Counted from the stretch's first letter, positions 1 to 9,755 are shown. The stretch: DNA of 58,480 bases from Gemmatimonadales bacterium (GCA_041576235.1 JBFGLJ010000001.1:1-58480); one strand, 5' to 3'. Made by a program: numbers and translations. The notes: generated by a model not told the origin, from the letters alone.

Positions 1-571
1 GATCGCCGCGGGCATCGATGCCCAACCCCGCACGACTCACTCCCACCGTGTCGGCGAAGACCAGCGTCGACGACCCGTCGGAGCCCAAGCCGAATACGGC
101 GCGGGCCCGACCCCGGCCGTCCGCCAACACCAGGGTGGAGGTCTCGTCGTCGAGCACACCCAGCACGATGCGGGTGTTCTCGGCGCTGTCCGCAAAGGTC
201 ACACCCGATGAGCCGTCTTCCAACAGGTCCAGTTTGACCATGGACCGGCCGGCCAAATCCCGGAGCACCAGCCGGACGGCGCCCTCCTCGTTGGCTCCCC
301 ACACACCACGCACCCGCCCTTCGGCGTCCCGGAGCAGGAACTGGCGGGACTCAACCACTGCCGGGATCATGCCCGGCATCCCGCGCTCGGCCGCAAAGTA
401 GAACAGCGCCGCCCCGAGGCCCAGAATGACCGCGACGGCCACCAGGGTCAGGGTGCTTAGACGCTTGAGCCGACGATTCTCGCGCTCGAGGTGGTCGAGA
501 CGGTGGGTCAGGCCCCGATCGGTGATCGTCCCGTGCCGCTTGCGCGGATCCGGGTCTATGGGGGTGGACAT
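1..571 (-). CDS. hypothetical membrane-anchored protein with ~22-residue repeats (N-terminal part only; runs off the window edge)
   Basis: Absent from the ORF track because no stop lies inside the window. My translation from the ATG at 571 reads MSTPIDPDPRKRHGTITDRGLTHRLDHLERENRRLKRLSTLTLVAVAVILGLGAALFYFAAERG... and stays open to position 2. It shows one TM helix followed by repeats such as STLVLADGRGRARAVFGLGSDGS / STLVFADTVGVSRAGLGIDARGD. It starts 15 nt after the stop of the upstream ATPase gene. Confidence 0.55.
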   Translation of the reverse strand, partial: MSTPIDPDPRKRHGTITDRGLTHRLDHLERENRRLKRLSTLTLVAVAVILGLGAALFYFAAERGMPGMIPAVVESRQFLLRDAEGRVRGVWGANEEGAVRLVLRDLAGRSMVKLDLLEDGSSGVTFADSAENTRIVLGVLDDETSTLVLADGRGRARAVFGLGSDGSSTLVFADTVGVSRAGLGIDARGD

Positions 572-586
572 GGGTCTGCTCTCGGC

Positions 587-1972
587 TCAGGCGTGGGCTG
601 TGGGGATGTCCAAGAAGTAGGACCGGCACGCATAGTCGACCAATTCGTCGGAGAGCGTCGCGTCCATTTCCAAGTATTTGGCGATGTCAGCCAAGTGGTC
701 GACGATATCCCGGGGGTGGCAGCCCCGGGGCTCGATCGAGTGCTTGAGATAGAATTCCTTGTAGATGTGCTCGACGGCGTCCGGCTTGTAGGAGATCTTC
801 TTGGCGCTGCAGCACCGCTCGAAGATCTGCTGGTACTGTTCGGGGCTCGGGCTATCGACTTCGATCTTGTAGTGGATCCGCCGCAAGAAGGCTTCCTCGA
901 TGAGGTCCTTGGGATCCAGATTGGTCGCGAAGATGAGCAGACAATCGAACGGGATGGGAAACTTGACGCCGGTGTGGAGGGTCAAGAAATCGACGTTCTT
1001 CTCGAGGGGAACGATCCAGCGGTTCAACAGGTCGCGGGGGGGCACGCGCTGGCGCCCAAAGTCGTCGACAATCAACACCCCACCGGTCGCCTTTGTCTGG
1101 AACGGAGCCTGGTACAGCTTGGCGTATTGATCGTACTGGAGATCCAACTGCTCGAGGGTCAACTCACCGCCGGTCAGCACAACCGGTCGGCGCACCTTGA
1201 CATATCGGTCATCGAATTCGATGGCCGCGCTGCGCCACAGCAATTCGATCTCGGCGTTCGCCGGAGGAGCCGGCAGCGAGTCGGCGGGACGATGGTAGAC
1301 GGGGTCGCGCACCAACATCACCTGGCCATCGACCTCCACCGCGTGGGGCACGAAGATCTCCCCGCCAAGCATGCGGGCGATGGTCTCGGCCATGGCCGTC
1401 TTGCCGTTGCCCGAATCGCCGTAGAGAAAGAGCGACTTGGCCGAGTTGATCGCCGGGCCAACCATATCGACCATCTCCGGATCGAGCACCAGCCAGCTGA
1501 AGGCCTGGTGCAAGGATTCGCGGTTGACCCGGGCATGGCGGATCGACTGCACGGCCACCCAATGCCGGTATTGGCTGAGCGGCACCGGGGCCGGGCCGAC
1601 GTATTGGCTCGCGGTCAACGCCTCGCGGGCCCGGTTCCGGCCTTCACCGCTCAAGTCGAACACATAGCCCGCCCGCCCGTGCCCTCGGGTGCCGAGGACC
1701 TCGACCATGAGCCGCTGCTGCATGGTCAGCAATTGGTCATCCACGATCGGAAAGGGCAGGCAGATCGAGTCGGTCAGCTGCTTGCCGGTGCGGGCGCCCT
1801 GCACATAGAGGGTCTTGAGCAGGAGCTCGGTGATGAATTCGTCAGACAGTCCGGTCGCTTCGAGCGAGTCGGGAATCGGCGGCGCATCCTCGGCGCCGGG
1901 CGTCGCGACATGGATTTTCGGCGCTGGGGCCGGCGCGGGAGAAGCCGCGGGTGAGGGCTGGGCCGGGGTCAT
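587..1972 (-). CDS. AAA+ family ATPase (function unknown), last full gene of the Tad operon
   Basis: 461 aa. Walker A LFLYGDSGNGKT, Walker B-like GGVLIVDDFG, and AAA-type C-terminal block LLIFATNLDPKDLIEEAFLRRIHYKIEV. Its start overlaps the DUF192 stop by 4 nt. Confidence 0.8.
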   Translation of the reverse strand: MTPAQPSPAASPAPAPAPKIHVATPGAEDAPPIPDSLEATGLSDEFITELLLKTLYVQGARTGKQLTDSICLPFPIVDDQLLTMQQRLMVEVLGTRGHGRAGYVFDLSGEGRNRAREALTASQYVGPAPVPLSQYRHWVAVQSIRHARVNRESLHQAFSWLVLDPEMVDMVGPAINSAKSLFLYGDSGNGKTAMAETIARMLGGEIFVPHAVEVDGQVMLVRDPVYHRPADSLPAPPANAEIELLWRSAAIEFDDRYVKVRRPVVLTGGELTLEQLDLQYDQYAKLYQAPFQTKATGGVLIVDDFGRQRVPPRDLLNRWIVPLEKNVDFLTLHTGVKFPIPFDCLLIFATNLDPKDLIEEAFLRRIHYKIEVDSPSPEQYQQIFERCCSAKKISYKPDAVEHIYKEFYLKHSIEPRGCHPRDIVDHLADIAKYLEMDATLSDELVDYACRSYFLDIPTAHA

Positions 1973-2382
1973 ACGACGGCCTCCTTCAAGGGAACGAGGT
2001 CGGACACCACCTCACGGGTGGGGGCCGTGCCCCACTCCAAGCGATCGCCAACAGCGGTGTGACTCGCCGCCAGGGCCCCGCTCGACAGCTCCAGGGTGTA
2101 GCGTGCCTCACCATGCCACTTGGTGCGGCTGCGCACGCCGGGTTCGAGACGAGGATAGAGCGCCACCACCCGGCACTCGTCATCGAGGAAGGCAATATCG
2201 ATGGCGTAGCGCACGCCGAGCATGTGAATGGCATGGCAGGGGACGAGCAGCAGTCCCTCGCCGGGCCCGAGGGGGGGGCGTCCAATGAGGCCCCGGGCTC
2301 GCTGCCACCATCGGTCGGCGATGCCGACGCGAGAGGCGACCTGGCTCCCCCGCGACACGTTCCGCACCTCGAGATATCTCAT
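1969..2382 (-). CDS. DUF192 (COG1430-like) domain protein
   Basis: 137 aa. Pattern ...ADRWWQRARGLIGRPPLGPGEGLLLVPCHAIHMLGVRYAIDIAFLD... is typical of DUF192. ATGA overlap with the tadC stop (2379-2382). Confidence 0.7.
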   Translation of the reverse strand: MRYLEVRNVSRGSQVASRVGIADRWWQRARGLIGRPPLGPGEGLLLVPCHAIHMLGVRYAIDIAFLDDECRVVALYPRLEPGVRSRTKWHGEARYTLELSSGALAASHTAVGDRLEWGTAPTREVVSDLVPLKEAVV

Positions 2383-3302
2383 CGGAAGGCCGAAAGGGCT
2401 TGGAGAATCTGGATGAAGGCGGGCCCGAGGATGACGACGAACATCGCGGGGAAGATGCAGAACACCAACGGGAAGAGCATCTTGATCGCGGTCTTGGCCG
2501 ACCGTTCCTCGGCCAGCTGCCGGCGCTTCGTCCGCAGCACGTCGGCGTGAATACGGAGCGCATCCGCAATCGAGGTTCCGAAGCGATCGGTCTGAATCAA
2601 CATGCTGACGAAGGACTTGACGTCGTCGACCCCCGTTCGCTCACCGAGGTTGTAGAGCGCTTCCTCTCGGGGGGTACCAGCACGAATCTCCAGATTGACC
2701 ATCCCGAACTGCTCGCCCAACACGGGGCTCACATTGGTGATCTCTTCTGACACCCGCAGGATGGCCTGGTTGAGCGCAAGGCCGGCTTCAACGCAGACGA
2801 CTAGCAGGTCGAGCCCATCGGGCAACGCCCGCTGAATCTCCTTCTTGCGGTGGGTCACACGGCGGCCCACGAAGAACCCCGGCAACACCCAGCCTAACAG
2901 GAGGCCCCAGATCCCGGCGATGAGGGTTACCCCAGCGGAAAACCCGGCAATGGGAGCGCTCATGAAGAGCAATGCGCCAAGCCCCAGGGCGAACGCCACC
3001 CGGGCGCCTTGATAGATGACCACGGCGTTGGGATGATAGTACCCGGCTTGGATCATCCGGAGCCGGGCAGCCGAATCGGCCTGCTCCCCGCCGGCCTTGG
3101 TCCCCAGCGTTTCCAGGATGGCCTGGAGCCGCTCCGCCCGCTCCTGGCGACGCCGGCGCTGAATGACCGCCTGGTAGCCTTCGACCTTCTGCATGGTGCC
3201 CAGGCGGCGGATGACGGCAGAGTCACCCGGCAACATCTGGATCACCAGCATGGTGAGGAACGCGGCGGCGGCGGCGACCAGAATCGCGATCACGTACAGC
3301 AT
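2379..3302 (-). CDS. tadC: Tad pilus inner-membrane platform protein TadC (type II secretion F family)
   Basis: 307 aa. N-terminal TM, cytoplasmic T2SSF-like domain (LPDGLDLLVVCVEAGLALNQAI), C-terminal TMs. Sits next to tadB and cpaF. Confidence 0.85.
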   Translation of the reverse strand: MLYVIAILVAAAAAFLTMLVIQMLPGDSAVIRRLGTMQKVEGYQAVIQRRRRQERAERLQAILETLGTKAGGEQADSAARLRMIQAGYYHPNAVVIYQGARVAFALGLGALLFMSAPIAGFSAGVTLIAGIWGLLLGWVLPGFFVGRRVTHRKKEIQRALPDGLDLLVVCVEAGLALNQAILRVSEEITNVSPVLGEQFGMVNLEIRAGTPREEALYNLGERTGVDDVKSFVSMLIQTDRFGTSIADALRIHADVLRTKRRQLAEERSAKTAIKMLFPLVFCIFPAMFVVILGPAFIQILQALSAFR

Positions 3303-3311
3303 GGTCAGCCC

Positions 3312-4289
3312 CTAGATCTCCACATCCACGATCTTGCGGATCCAGAGGTAGCCGAGCAGCTGCAGAACGACCGCGATGGCGACCATCAACCGACCAACCG
3401 GTTCCTGGAAGAGGGTCAGAATATAGGAGGGGTTGAGGAGGAAAATCACGAACCCCAAAGCAATCGGGAGCACGGCCAGCACGTACCCGCTGAGCCTTCC
3501 CTGCGCCGTGATGACCCTGAGCTGCCGGCGGAGCTTGAAGCGCTGTCGAATGGTGTAGGAAAGATTGTCCAACACCTCGGCCAGATTCCCCCCCACCTCG
3601 CGCTGAATCAGGATGGCGGTATTCAGAATGCGCACATCCATGAGCCGGACCCGGTCGGCCAAGGAAAGAAGGGTATCGCTGAACGGGAGCCCAAACCGCT
3701 GTTCCTCGAAGACCCGCTGGAACTCGCCGGCCACCGGGTCGTCGGTCTCGTCGCCCACCATCTTGAGACCCGCGGACAACGGATGGCCGGCGCGAATGGC
3801 CCGGCCGATCAGGTCGATGGCATCGGGCAGCTGTGCCTCGAACTTCCGCATCCGCTTGGTGGCCCGCCGCCGAATGGACACATAGGGGATCAGCGCCCCG
3901 ATGAGAGCAGCCACGATGGTGGGGAGCCACATCCGGGTGAGCAACCGAGTGCCCATCCCCAGGCCAACGGTCAGGCCGAGCGACAAAGCCACGTAGCTCT
4001 GGAGGCTCAACCGAAGCCCACCCTGCTGGATCAAGAGTTTGACATCACGGGTATGCGGCAGATGCGCCAGGATCGGGTCGAGCACCCTTTCCTGGACCCC
4101 GGGGCGCTGGAGCAGTCGCTCGGAGGCGGCATCGGTCGGCCCTTCCTGGGCCAACTGCCGGAGCTGCCTGACCAAGTTGCGGCCCCGCTGCCGCTCCCGG
4201 GTCCACTCGACGAGCAAGGCGAACGCCACCGTGCCGAGCGTCACAGCCAGGAACACCATCCCGGCGGCGAGCAGGGTTCCGGATGGCAT
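3312..4289 (-). CDS. tadB: Tad pilus inner-membrane platform protein TadB (type II secretion F family)
   Basis: 325 aa. T2SSF-type domain (LPDAIDLIGRAIRAGHPLSAGL) flanked by TM helices. Directly follows cpaF. Confidence 0.85.
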   Translation of the reverse strand: MPSGTLLAAGMVFLAVTLGTVAFALLVEWTRERQRGRNLVRQLRQLAQEGPTDAASERLLQRPGVQERVLDPILAHLPHTRDVKLLIQQGGLRLSLQSYVALSLGLTVGLGMGTRLLTRMWLPTIVAALIGALIPYVSIRRRATKRMRKFEAQLPDAIDLIGRAIRAGHPLSAGLKMVGDETDDPVAGEFQRVFEEQRFGLPFSDTLLSLADRVRLMDVRILNTAILIQREVGGNLAEVLDNLSYTIRQRFKLRRQLRVITAQGRLSGYVLAVLPIALGFVIFLLNPSYILTLFQEPVGRLMVAIAVVLQLLGYLWIRKIVDVEI

Positions 4290-5881
4290 TACAGCCGACG
4301 CTCCTTCCGCACCCGGCCGACGTCGTCGAACAGGACCGACGGGAGTTCGATCCCAAAGGCCCGCATCCGGTCGGCGAAGCGGGGGCGGATACCGGTGGCC
4401 CGGAACTCGCCCACCACTTTGCCGCCCTCGCCGATACCGTGCCGTTCGTACTGGAAGATGTCCTGCATGGTGATGACTTCGCCTTCCATGCCGACAATCT
4501 CGGAAATCTGGCTCACCTTCCGGGTTCCATCCGACAAGCGCGACACTTGGATCACCACCTGAATCGCGCTCGCCGTCTGTTGGCGCATGGCGCGTTCGGG
4601 CAGGTTCAAGTTGGCCATCGAGATCATGGTCTCGAGCCGGCTCAAGGCATCGCGCGGGCTGTTGGCGTGGAGCGTCGTGAGTGACCCGTCGTGGCCGGTA
4701 TTCATGGCCTGGAGCATGTCCACCGATTCCTCGCCTCGGACCTCGCCCACGATGATGCGGTCCGGCCGCATCCGGAGGGCGTTGATCAAGAGCAGCCGTT
4801 GGGACACGGCACCGGTGCCCTCGATGTTGGGCGAGCGGGTCTCCAACCGCACCACGTGGGGCTGGTGGAGCTGCAATTCAGCCGAGTCCTCGATGGTCAC
4901 GACCCGCTCGTCGAGGGGAATGAAGCTGCTCAGGATATTGAGCAGGGTGGTCTTCCCGGCCCCGGTGCCGCCGGAAATGAGCACATTCAGGCGGGCGCGG
5001 ATGATGCCTTGGAGCAACTCGAGCATCGGCTCGGTCAGGCTCTCGGTACGCAGCAGATCCTCCCCGGTGAGCGCGTCGCGCTTGAACTTCCGGATCGACA
5101 CGTGGGGCCCGTCGATGGACAGGGGAGGAATGATGGCATTGACGCGGGAGCCGTCCGGCAGCCGGGCGTCCACCATGGGCGAGGAATCGTCGATGCGCCG
5201 GCCGACGCCCGAGACGATCCGATCGATGATCTGGAGGAGATGCCGATCGTCCTGAAACCGTACCTGGGTGCGCTGCAACTTGCCGTGCCGCTCGACGTAG
5301 ACCTGGTCCCAAGTGTTGACCAGGATGTCAGAGACGTTGGCGTCTTTCATCAGGGGTTCGAGCGGGCCCAGCCCGAAGATCTCATCCAGCACCTGGACCA
5401 CGAGAAGCTCGCGTTCTTCGTAGTTGAGCGGCACCATTTCCTGAGTCAGCAGCTCTTGCACCACCTTGCGGATCGCGCTCACCACCTGTTCGCGCTCCAA
5501 CTTGTCGATGTTGGACAGGTTGAGGCGCTCGAGGAGCCGCCGGTGGATGCGTCCCTTGACCTGCTGCATGTCGTGCATGTCGGTGCCCCACTGCTCCTCA
5601 TCCGATCCGGGGGAGCGGGGGGGCGGCGGGGGTCCGGGCGCGGGCCCGCTCGGCTCGGCGGGCGCCGACGGGGCCGGAGCCGACGCGGAGGCTCCGTCGG
5701 CGGACGCCGGGGTCTCCCAAGGGAGGTGGCCAAGCTGGCTCTCGTGCCCCCCATCCCCGCCCCCGGCGGGGGCGTCGTCGTCCTGGCCGGGCGAATCCGG
5801 GGTGTCACTGGGGGTTTCCCAGGGCAGGGGCTCGCGGTCGGCCTTGTCCCCCGGGCCTCCGGGACGGGTGGGATCACTCAT
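4289..5881 (-). CDS. cpaF: Tad pilus secretion ATPase CpaF/TadA with a long low-complexity N-terminal extension
   Basis: 530 aa. Walker [15 protein letters not shown], Asp/His boxes ([34 protein letters not shown]). About 105 aa Pro/Gly/Asp-rich N-terminus. Confidence 0.95.
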   Translation of the reverse strand: MSDPTRPGGPGDKADREPLPWETPSDTPDSPGQDDDAPAGGGDGGHESQLGHLPWETPASADGASASAPAPSAPAEPSGPAPGPPPPPRSPGSDEEQWGTDMHDMQQVKGRIHRRLLERLNLSNIDKLEREQVVSAIRKVVQELLTQEMVPLNYEERELLVVQVLDEIFGLGPLEPLMKDANVSDILVNTWDQVYVERHGKLQRTQVRFQDDRHLLQIIDRIVSGVGRRIDDSSPMVDARLPDGSRVNAIIPPLSIDGPHVSIRKFKRDALTGEDLLRTESLTEPMLELLQGIIRARLNVLISGGTGAGKTTLLNILSSFIPLDERVVTIEDSAELQLHQPHVVRLETRSPNIEGTGAVSQRLLLINALRMRPDRIIVGEVRGEESVDMLQAMNTGHDGSLTTLHANSPRDALSRLETMISMANLNLPERAMRQQTASAIQVVIQVSRLSDGTRKVSQISEIVGMEGEVITMQDIFQYERHGIGEGGKVVGEFRATGIRPRFADRMRAFGIELPSVLFDDVGRVRKERRL

Positions 5882-7185
5882 CTCTTCTTTCCTTTGCCTT
5901 TGCCCTTGCCGCCCCGCCGGCCACCCGGCATGATCTTCGAGAACCTGCCCGATATCCGGCCGAGGGGCCCGGTCCCCTTGCTGGTATCACGCACCCCCGT
6001 CAACACCCGTCCCAACTTGTTCAGGTCCTGGGAGTAGACCGAGTTGCCATTGAGGACGACGGGCTTGCCGGTATTCACCGATCGGATCACCGCCTCGTAG
6101 TCGTTGCGGAGCGTACCGTAGACACTGAGCCCCAGCGACTTCTCCACCTGCTTGATGGTGACCTCGCCGCTCTTGTCGAACCGGTTGAGCACCAGCCGGA
6201 TCTGTGCCCCCCCCTGGGGAACCACGCGCTTGAGGAGCGGGAGGGCACGCTGGACATTCCGGAGCGACGGCAGGTCAACCGTCGTGACCAGAAACACCTG
6301 ATCCGCCTGCTCGAACGCGGCCAGCGTCACGGGCGTGAACGACTTCGAGACATCGACCACGATGTAGTCGTAGTACTGCTTCAGATATTGCATAATCCGC
6401 CGGATCTGATCGGCACTCACCGCCTGGGCCCGTTCCGGGTGGAACGGGGCCGATAAGAGGTGCACGCCAGAGTCGTGCCGTTCGATGTAGGAGGCCAAGA
6501 GCCCGGCATCGACCCGGTGGAAGTTCTGGACCAGATCGACGAAGTTGAACCGCGGCTGGATGCCCAAGAGCAAGGACGCCTCTCCCAACTCCATATCCAG
6601 GTCCACGAGCAGGGTCTTCTTCTTCGTCTGGCTGTGAAGCACGATGGCGAGATTGGTGGCCGCCGTCGTCGACCCCGATCCGCCTTTGGCGCTGAAGAAG
6701 GCGTACACCTGCCCCAGCGCGGTCTGTCGCCTTTCCTCGGTGGGGTCGAGGCCCGCCGAGATCCGCTTGACGGCGGCGCGGATCTCCTCCGGCGTCACCG
6801 GCTTCGGAAGAAACTCCGTGATCCCCGCCCGCATGAGCTCCAGCAGGAGCTCAGCGGCCAGGGTCGGACCGGTAGGAATGACTCTGTAGGACGGGCTAGA
6901 CGACCCCGCCAGGAATTGGGCGAGCTTGATGCCGAGGGTGGGGTCGTCCGCCAGGTCGAGGATGACAACCGATGGCTTCGCCCGGTGGAGCGTTTGCAGT
7001 TGGTCGTTGCCGAACCCGGAGAACGGCGCCGTAATCGCGATCTCGAGCGTGGTGTTGGCTTCGGGATGGCGCAGCGCGCGCTCCGCGATCTGCTGAAAGG
7101 CCCCGTCGGCCGAGATTACGGCGCATCGGATCGACCCTTGGGGCCTAACGCTCGGGCTTGGAGAGGGCGTCTCACTATTCGACAA
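5878..7185 (-). CDS. cpaE: Tad pilus localisation ATPase TadZ/CpaE (receiver-like N-domain plus ParA/MinD-type ATPase)
   Basis: 435 aa. Deviant Walker [19 protein letters not shown], receiver-like N-terminal domain, C-terminal [15 protein letters not shown] tail. 4-nt overlap with cpaF. Confidence 0.85.
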   Translation of the reverse strand: MSNSETPSPSPSVRPQGSIRCAVISADGAFQQIAERALRHPEANTTLEIAITAPFSGFGNDQLQTLHRAKPSVVILDLADDPTLGIKLAQFLAGSSSPSYRVIPTGPTLAAELLLELMRAGITEFLPKPVTPEEIRAAVKRISAGLDPTEERRQTALGQVYAFFSAKGGSGSTTAATNLAIVLHSQTKKKTLLVDLDMELGEASLLLGIQPRFNFVDLVQNFHRVDAGLLASYIERHDSGVHLLSAPFHPERAQAVSADQIRRIMQYLKQYYDYIVVDVSKSFTPVTLAAFEQADQVFLVTTVDLPSLRNVQRALPLLKRVVPQGGAQIRLVLNRFDKSGEVTIKQVEKSLGLSVYGTLRNDYEAVIRSVNTGKPVVLNGNSVYSQDLNKLGRVLTGVRDTSKGTGPLGRISGRFSKIMPGGRRGGKGKGKGKKR

Positions 7186-8452
7186 GTTGGAGTACCCTCA
7201 CGAGCGACCCGGGGGCTGGGCCGGGGCTCCCGCTTCCGCTGACGAAGTAGAGGAACCGCGCCACCAAGGGGGCCTGGTTGCCGCTCCCCTGGAACCCCTC
7301 CACGAAGAGCAGGGCGAAGTTGTTGAAGGTCACCTGGGTGTGGCCGCCGTCATGGATGTCGATGATCTCATGGGGGTCCATGAGCCCCACCTTGATGACC
7401 CGGGGGCTGTTCCGCCAGTCGGAGCCATAGGCCGCCTGGTTGTGGTTGGTCACCTGTCCTAGGACGGGATCCCACTGGGCGTTCGAATCGAGCGAGATCA
7501 GCGAGTCCACGGCTTGACGGGTGGGACCGATCATGTTCCCGGTCTCGACGTCGTAGGGCTGGCCCACGGTGATCGGGCCGGTGTAAGGACAGCCCAGGAT
7601 GGCGCTCCGGTAATCATTCGCCCCCTGCATCCCTGGCAGCCGCCACGGGAAGAAGAAACCCGGACCCAAGTTGCTGTGTGGGTTCTGGGCCTTGATGACC
7701 ATGTTCCGGCCGTAGTCGTCGGTAAAGCCGGTGCCGTTTCGCCAGGAGCTCCCGTAGCCGGTGGCCGTCGCACTCACCACACTCGGGTTGTAGGCCTCGT
7801 AGCGGTCGTTCCCAGCGTAGGGCGAGGTGGCGTCGTCGAACATCCAGTGCTCGTTCGACTCCCGCACCCGGTTGGGCTGGAGGTCGCCGGTCTCGAAATA
7901 GGGGCCGCCGGGCCGCATATTCGACTGCTCATCCCACATGTCAGGCACCGCGAACGGCTTGACGCACTTGGTGACCCCCGTGAGCGCCGCCACGGCGGCC
8001 GCCTTGGCCCCCACGGGAATGAGGTTGATCCCGAGCACCCGGGCAAACCAGGTGCCTACCGCGCCGCGGTTGATCCAGACCCGCACCTTCACGCTGTCGG
8101 GGATGACTTCCACCGTGGCCTCGGTCGTCGAGGCCCAGGTGCTGTTACCAATCACCGATTGGTTCTGGCCGGTCGTGTCGATGAAGACCCCATCGACGTA
8201 GTTGGTGGCCGCCAGCTGCAGTGCCCTGTTGATGGCGGGCTGTACCTGGGCGGGCGAGGGGCCGTTGAGAAAGGCGCTGGCCCCGGCCAGGGCCGCCGCA
8301 TCGGCGGTGCGCTGCGCCTCGCCGCGCGACTTGAAGAGCATGGACAGGTCGATCGCCAGGGCCATCATGGCCAGCAAGGCGATCAGCGAGATGGCGACGA
8401 CGGCGAGGGTGGCCCCGCGCTTGTTCCCAACTAACCCTCGAAAGTGCTGCAT
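7175..8452 (-). CDS. tadG: TadG-like pseudopilin / pilus assembly protein
   Basis: 425 aa. N-terminus GATLAVVAISLIALLAMMALAIDLSMLFKSRGEAQRTADAAALAGA matches the TadE/G-like N-terminal pattern. Confidence 0.7.
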   Translation of the reverse strand: MQHFRGLVGNKRGATLAVVAISLIALLAMMALAIDLSMLFKSRGEAQRTADAAALAGASAFLNGPSPAQVQPAINRALQLAATNYVDGVFIDTTGQNQSVIGNSTWASTTEATVEVIPDSVKVRVWINRGAVGTWFARVLGINLIPVGAKAAAVAALTGVTKCVKPFAVPDMWDEQSNMRPGGPYFETGDLQPNRVRESNEHWMFDDATSPYAGNDRYEAYNPSVVSATATGYGSSWRNGTGFTDDYGRNMVIKAQNPHSNLGPGFFFPWRLPGMQGANDYRSAILGCPYTGPITVGQPYDVETGNMIGPTRQAVDSLISLDSNAQWDPVLGQVTNHNQAAYGSDWRNSPRVIKVGLMDPHEIIDIHDGGHTQVTFNNFALLFVEGFQGSGNQAPLVARFLYFVSGSGSPGPAPGSLVRVLQLVE

Positions 8453-8486
8453 GACGGCATCCTCCAGGGACTCCGCTCCTGAGCCC

Positions 8487-9755
8487 CTAGTTCTTGGGAT
8501 ACTTCAGCCACCCCGGCCATTTCCAGGTCTCCGGCTCCCCGGTCGGGAGTGGGACGGCGGTCTCGTTCGCGACGACGAAATGCGGGGTGATCAACACGAG
8601 AAGCTCGGTCCTTCGGTGACGGGCATCGTTGGATCGGAAGAACTGCCCGAGAATCGGGATATCCCCAAGGATAGGGATTTTGGTCACGTTATCAATGAGA
8701 TTGTTATCGATGAGTCCGGCGATGGCAAGATACTGGCCCGCCCGGAGCTCGACCTCGGTTTCGGCGCGCCGGGTGAGGATGGTCGGGATCTCGAATCCGC
8801 CGATAACCAGGCCATTGGCGAAGTCGAGCGAGGACACCTCGGGCTCGACCTTCAAACGGATGGCTCCGCTGCGGGTGATGACCGGCAGAAACCGGAGCCG
8901 GACCCCGAACTCCTTGAACACTACCGTGATGGAGTTCGAACCGGCACTCTGAAGCACTGGGTAGGGAAACTCCCCACCGGCCAAGAAATAGGCTTCCTTG
9001 CCGGGGAGGGTGAGCAGGTTGGGCTCGGCGAGGCTCTTGAAGTTCCCCTTGGAAATCGAGGCCCGGATGATCCCCTCGATGCTGGACCCGGGTGTCCCGG
9101 GATTCGAGAGCAACACGCGCAGCAATCCGGAGGAGATGGTCTCGGCTTCCCAGTCGCCGTCGTCGCTCAAGTCCTGTGGATTGACGGTCAGGAACGCGCT
9201 CGAGATGTCCTTGATCGCGCTGCGATTCACCTCGGCGAACCGAACCTGGAGGAGGATCTGGACCGCCGGCGGGGCCACCAAGTTGTCGATGACGGTCGCT
9301 CCCGTCCCCTCGGCCAGTTCAATGGCGCGGGCCACGGTGTTGGGATCGCGCACCACGCCGGACAGGGTCACCGCGTTCCCGCTGGCGGTCACCGCGATGT
9401 TCTCCTCGGGCATGATGGACTTGATGAACCGCTCCAACCCGGGTGCGTCCGCGGTCACCTCGACGGAATAGAATTTGGGACCTTCCGTGGTCGACCAGAG
9501 CAACAGGCTCGTCGTGCCCAGCTGCTTTCCATTGATCAGCAGCTCGGTCGGCGATACCACCACCGCATCCGCGATCTCGGGGTCGCCCAGGGCGAACCGC
9601 TCCAGGGTGAAGGGATTGGTCAACAGGAGTGAGGCCCCCTTGGCCACCGAGAGCACTTGCTCCGGTTCCTTCAACACTTGCTGCGCCGCCGCCGCCTGGG
9701 AGAAGAGCGCCACGAGGCCCGCCGCGAGCAGCAAATGCCGGATTCGGGACTGCAT
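8487..9755 (-). CDS. cpaC: Tad pilus outer-membrane secretin CpaC/RcpA
   Basis: Start re-set to the ATG at 9755, giving the signal peptide MQSRIRHLLLAAGLVALFSQAAAAQQ. The upstream extension in the ORF track is Arg/Ser/Pro junk. The secretin C-domain shows IPILGDIPILGQFFRS. Confidence 0.9.
   Translation of the reverse strand: MQSRIRHLLLAAGLVALFSQAAAAQQVLKEPEQVLSVAKGASLLLTNPFTLERFALGDPEIADAVVVSPTELLINGKQLGTTSLLLWSTTEGPKFYSVEVTADAPGLERFIKSIMPEENIAVTASGNAVTLSGVVRDPNTVARAIELAEGTGATVIDNLVAPPAVQILLQVRFAEVNRSAIKDISSAFLTVNPQDLSDDGDWEAETISSGLLRVLLSNPGTPGSSIEGIIRASISKGNFKSLAEPNLLTLPGKEAYFLAGGEFPYPVLQSAGSNSITVVFKEFGVRLRFLPVITRSGAIRLKVEPEVSSLDFANGLVIGGFEIPTILTRRAETEVELRAGQYLAIAGLIDNNLIDNVTKIPILGDIPILGQFFRSNDARHRRTELLVLITPHFVVANETAVPLPTGEPETWKWPGWLKYPKN

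Noticed and set aside
491-1954. 487-aa ORF on the plus strand
   Set aside because: It is fully antisense to the AAA+ ATPase gene, which has clear Walker motifs. The product is Arg/Gly/Val-rich with no recognisable motif, which is a typical high-GC shadow ORF.
3009-4562. 517-aa ORF on the plus strand spanning tadC, tadB and cpaF
   Set aside because: It is antisense to three well-supported Tad genes and crosses their boundaries. Its composition is low-complexity (Gly/Pro/His/Asp).
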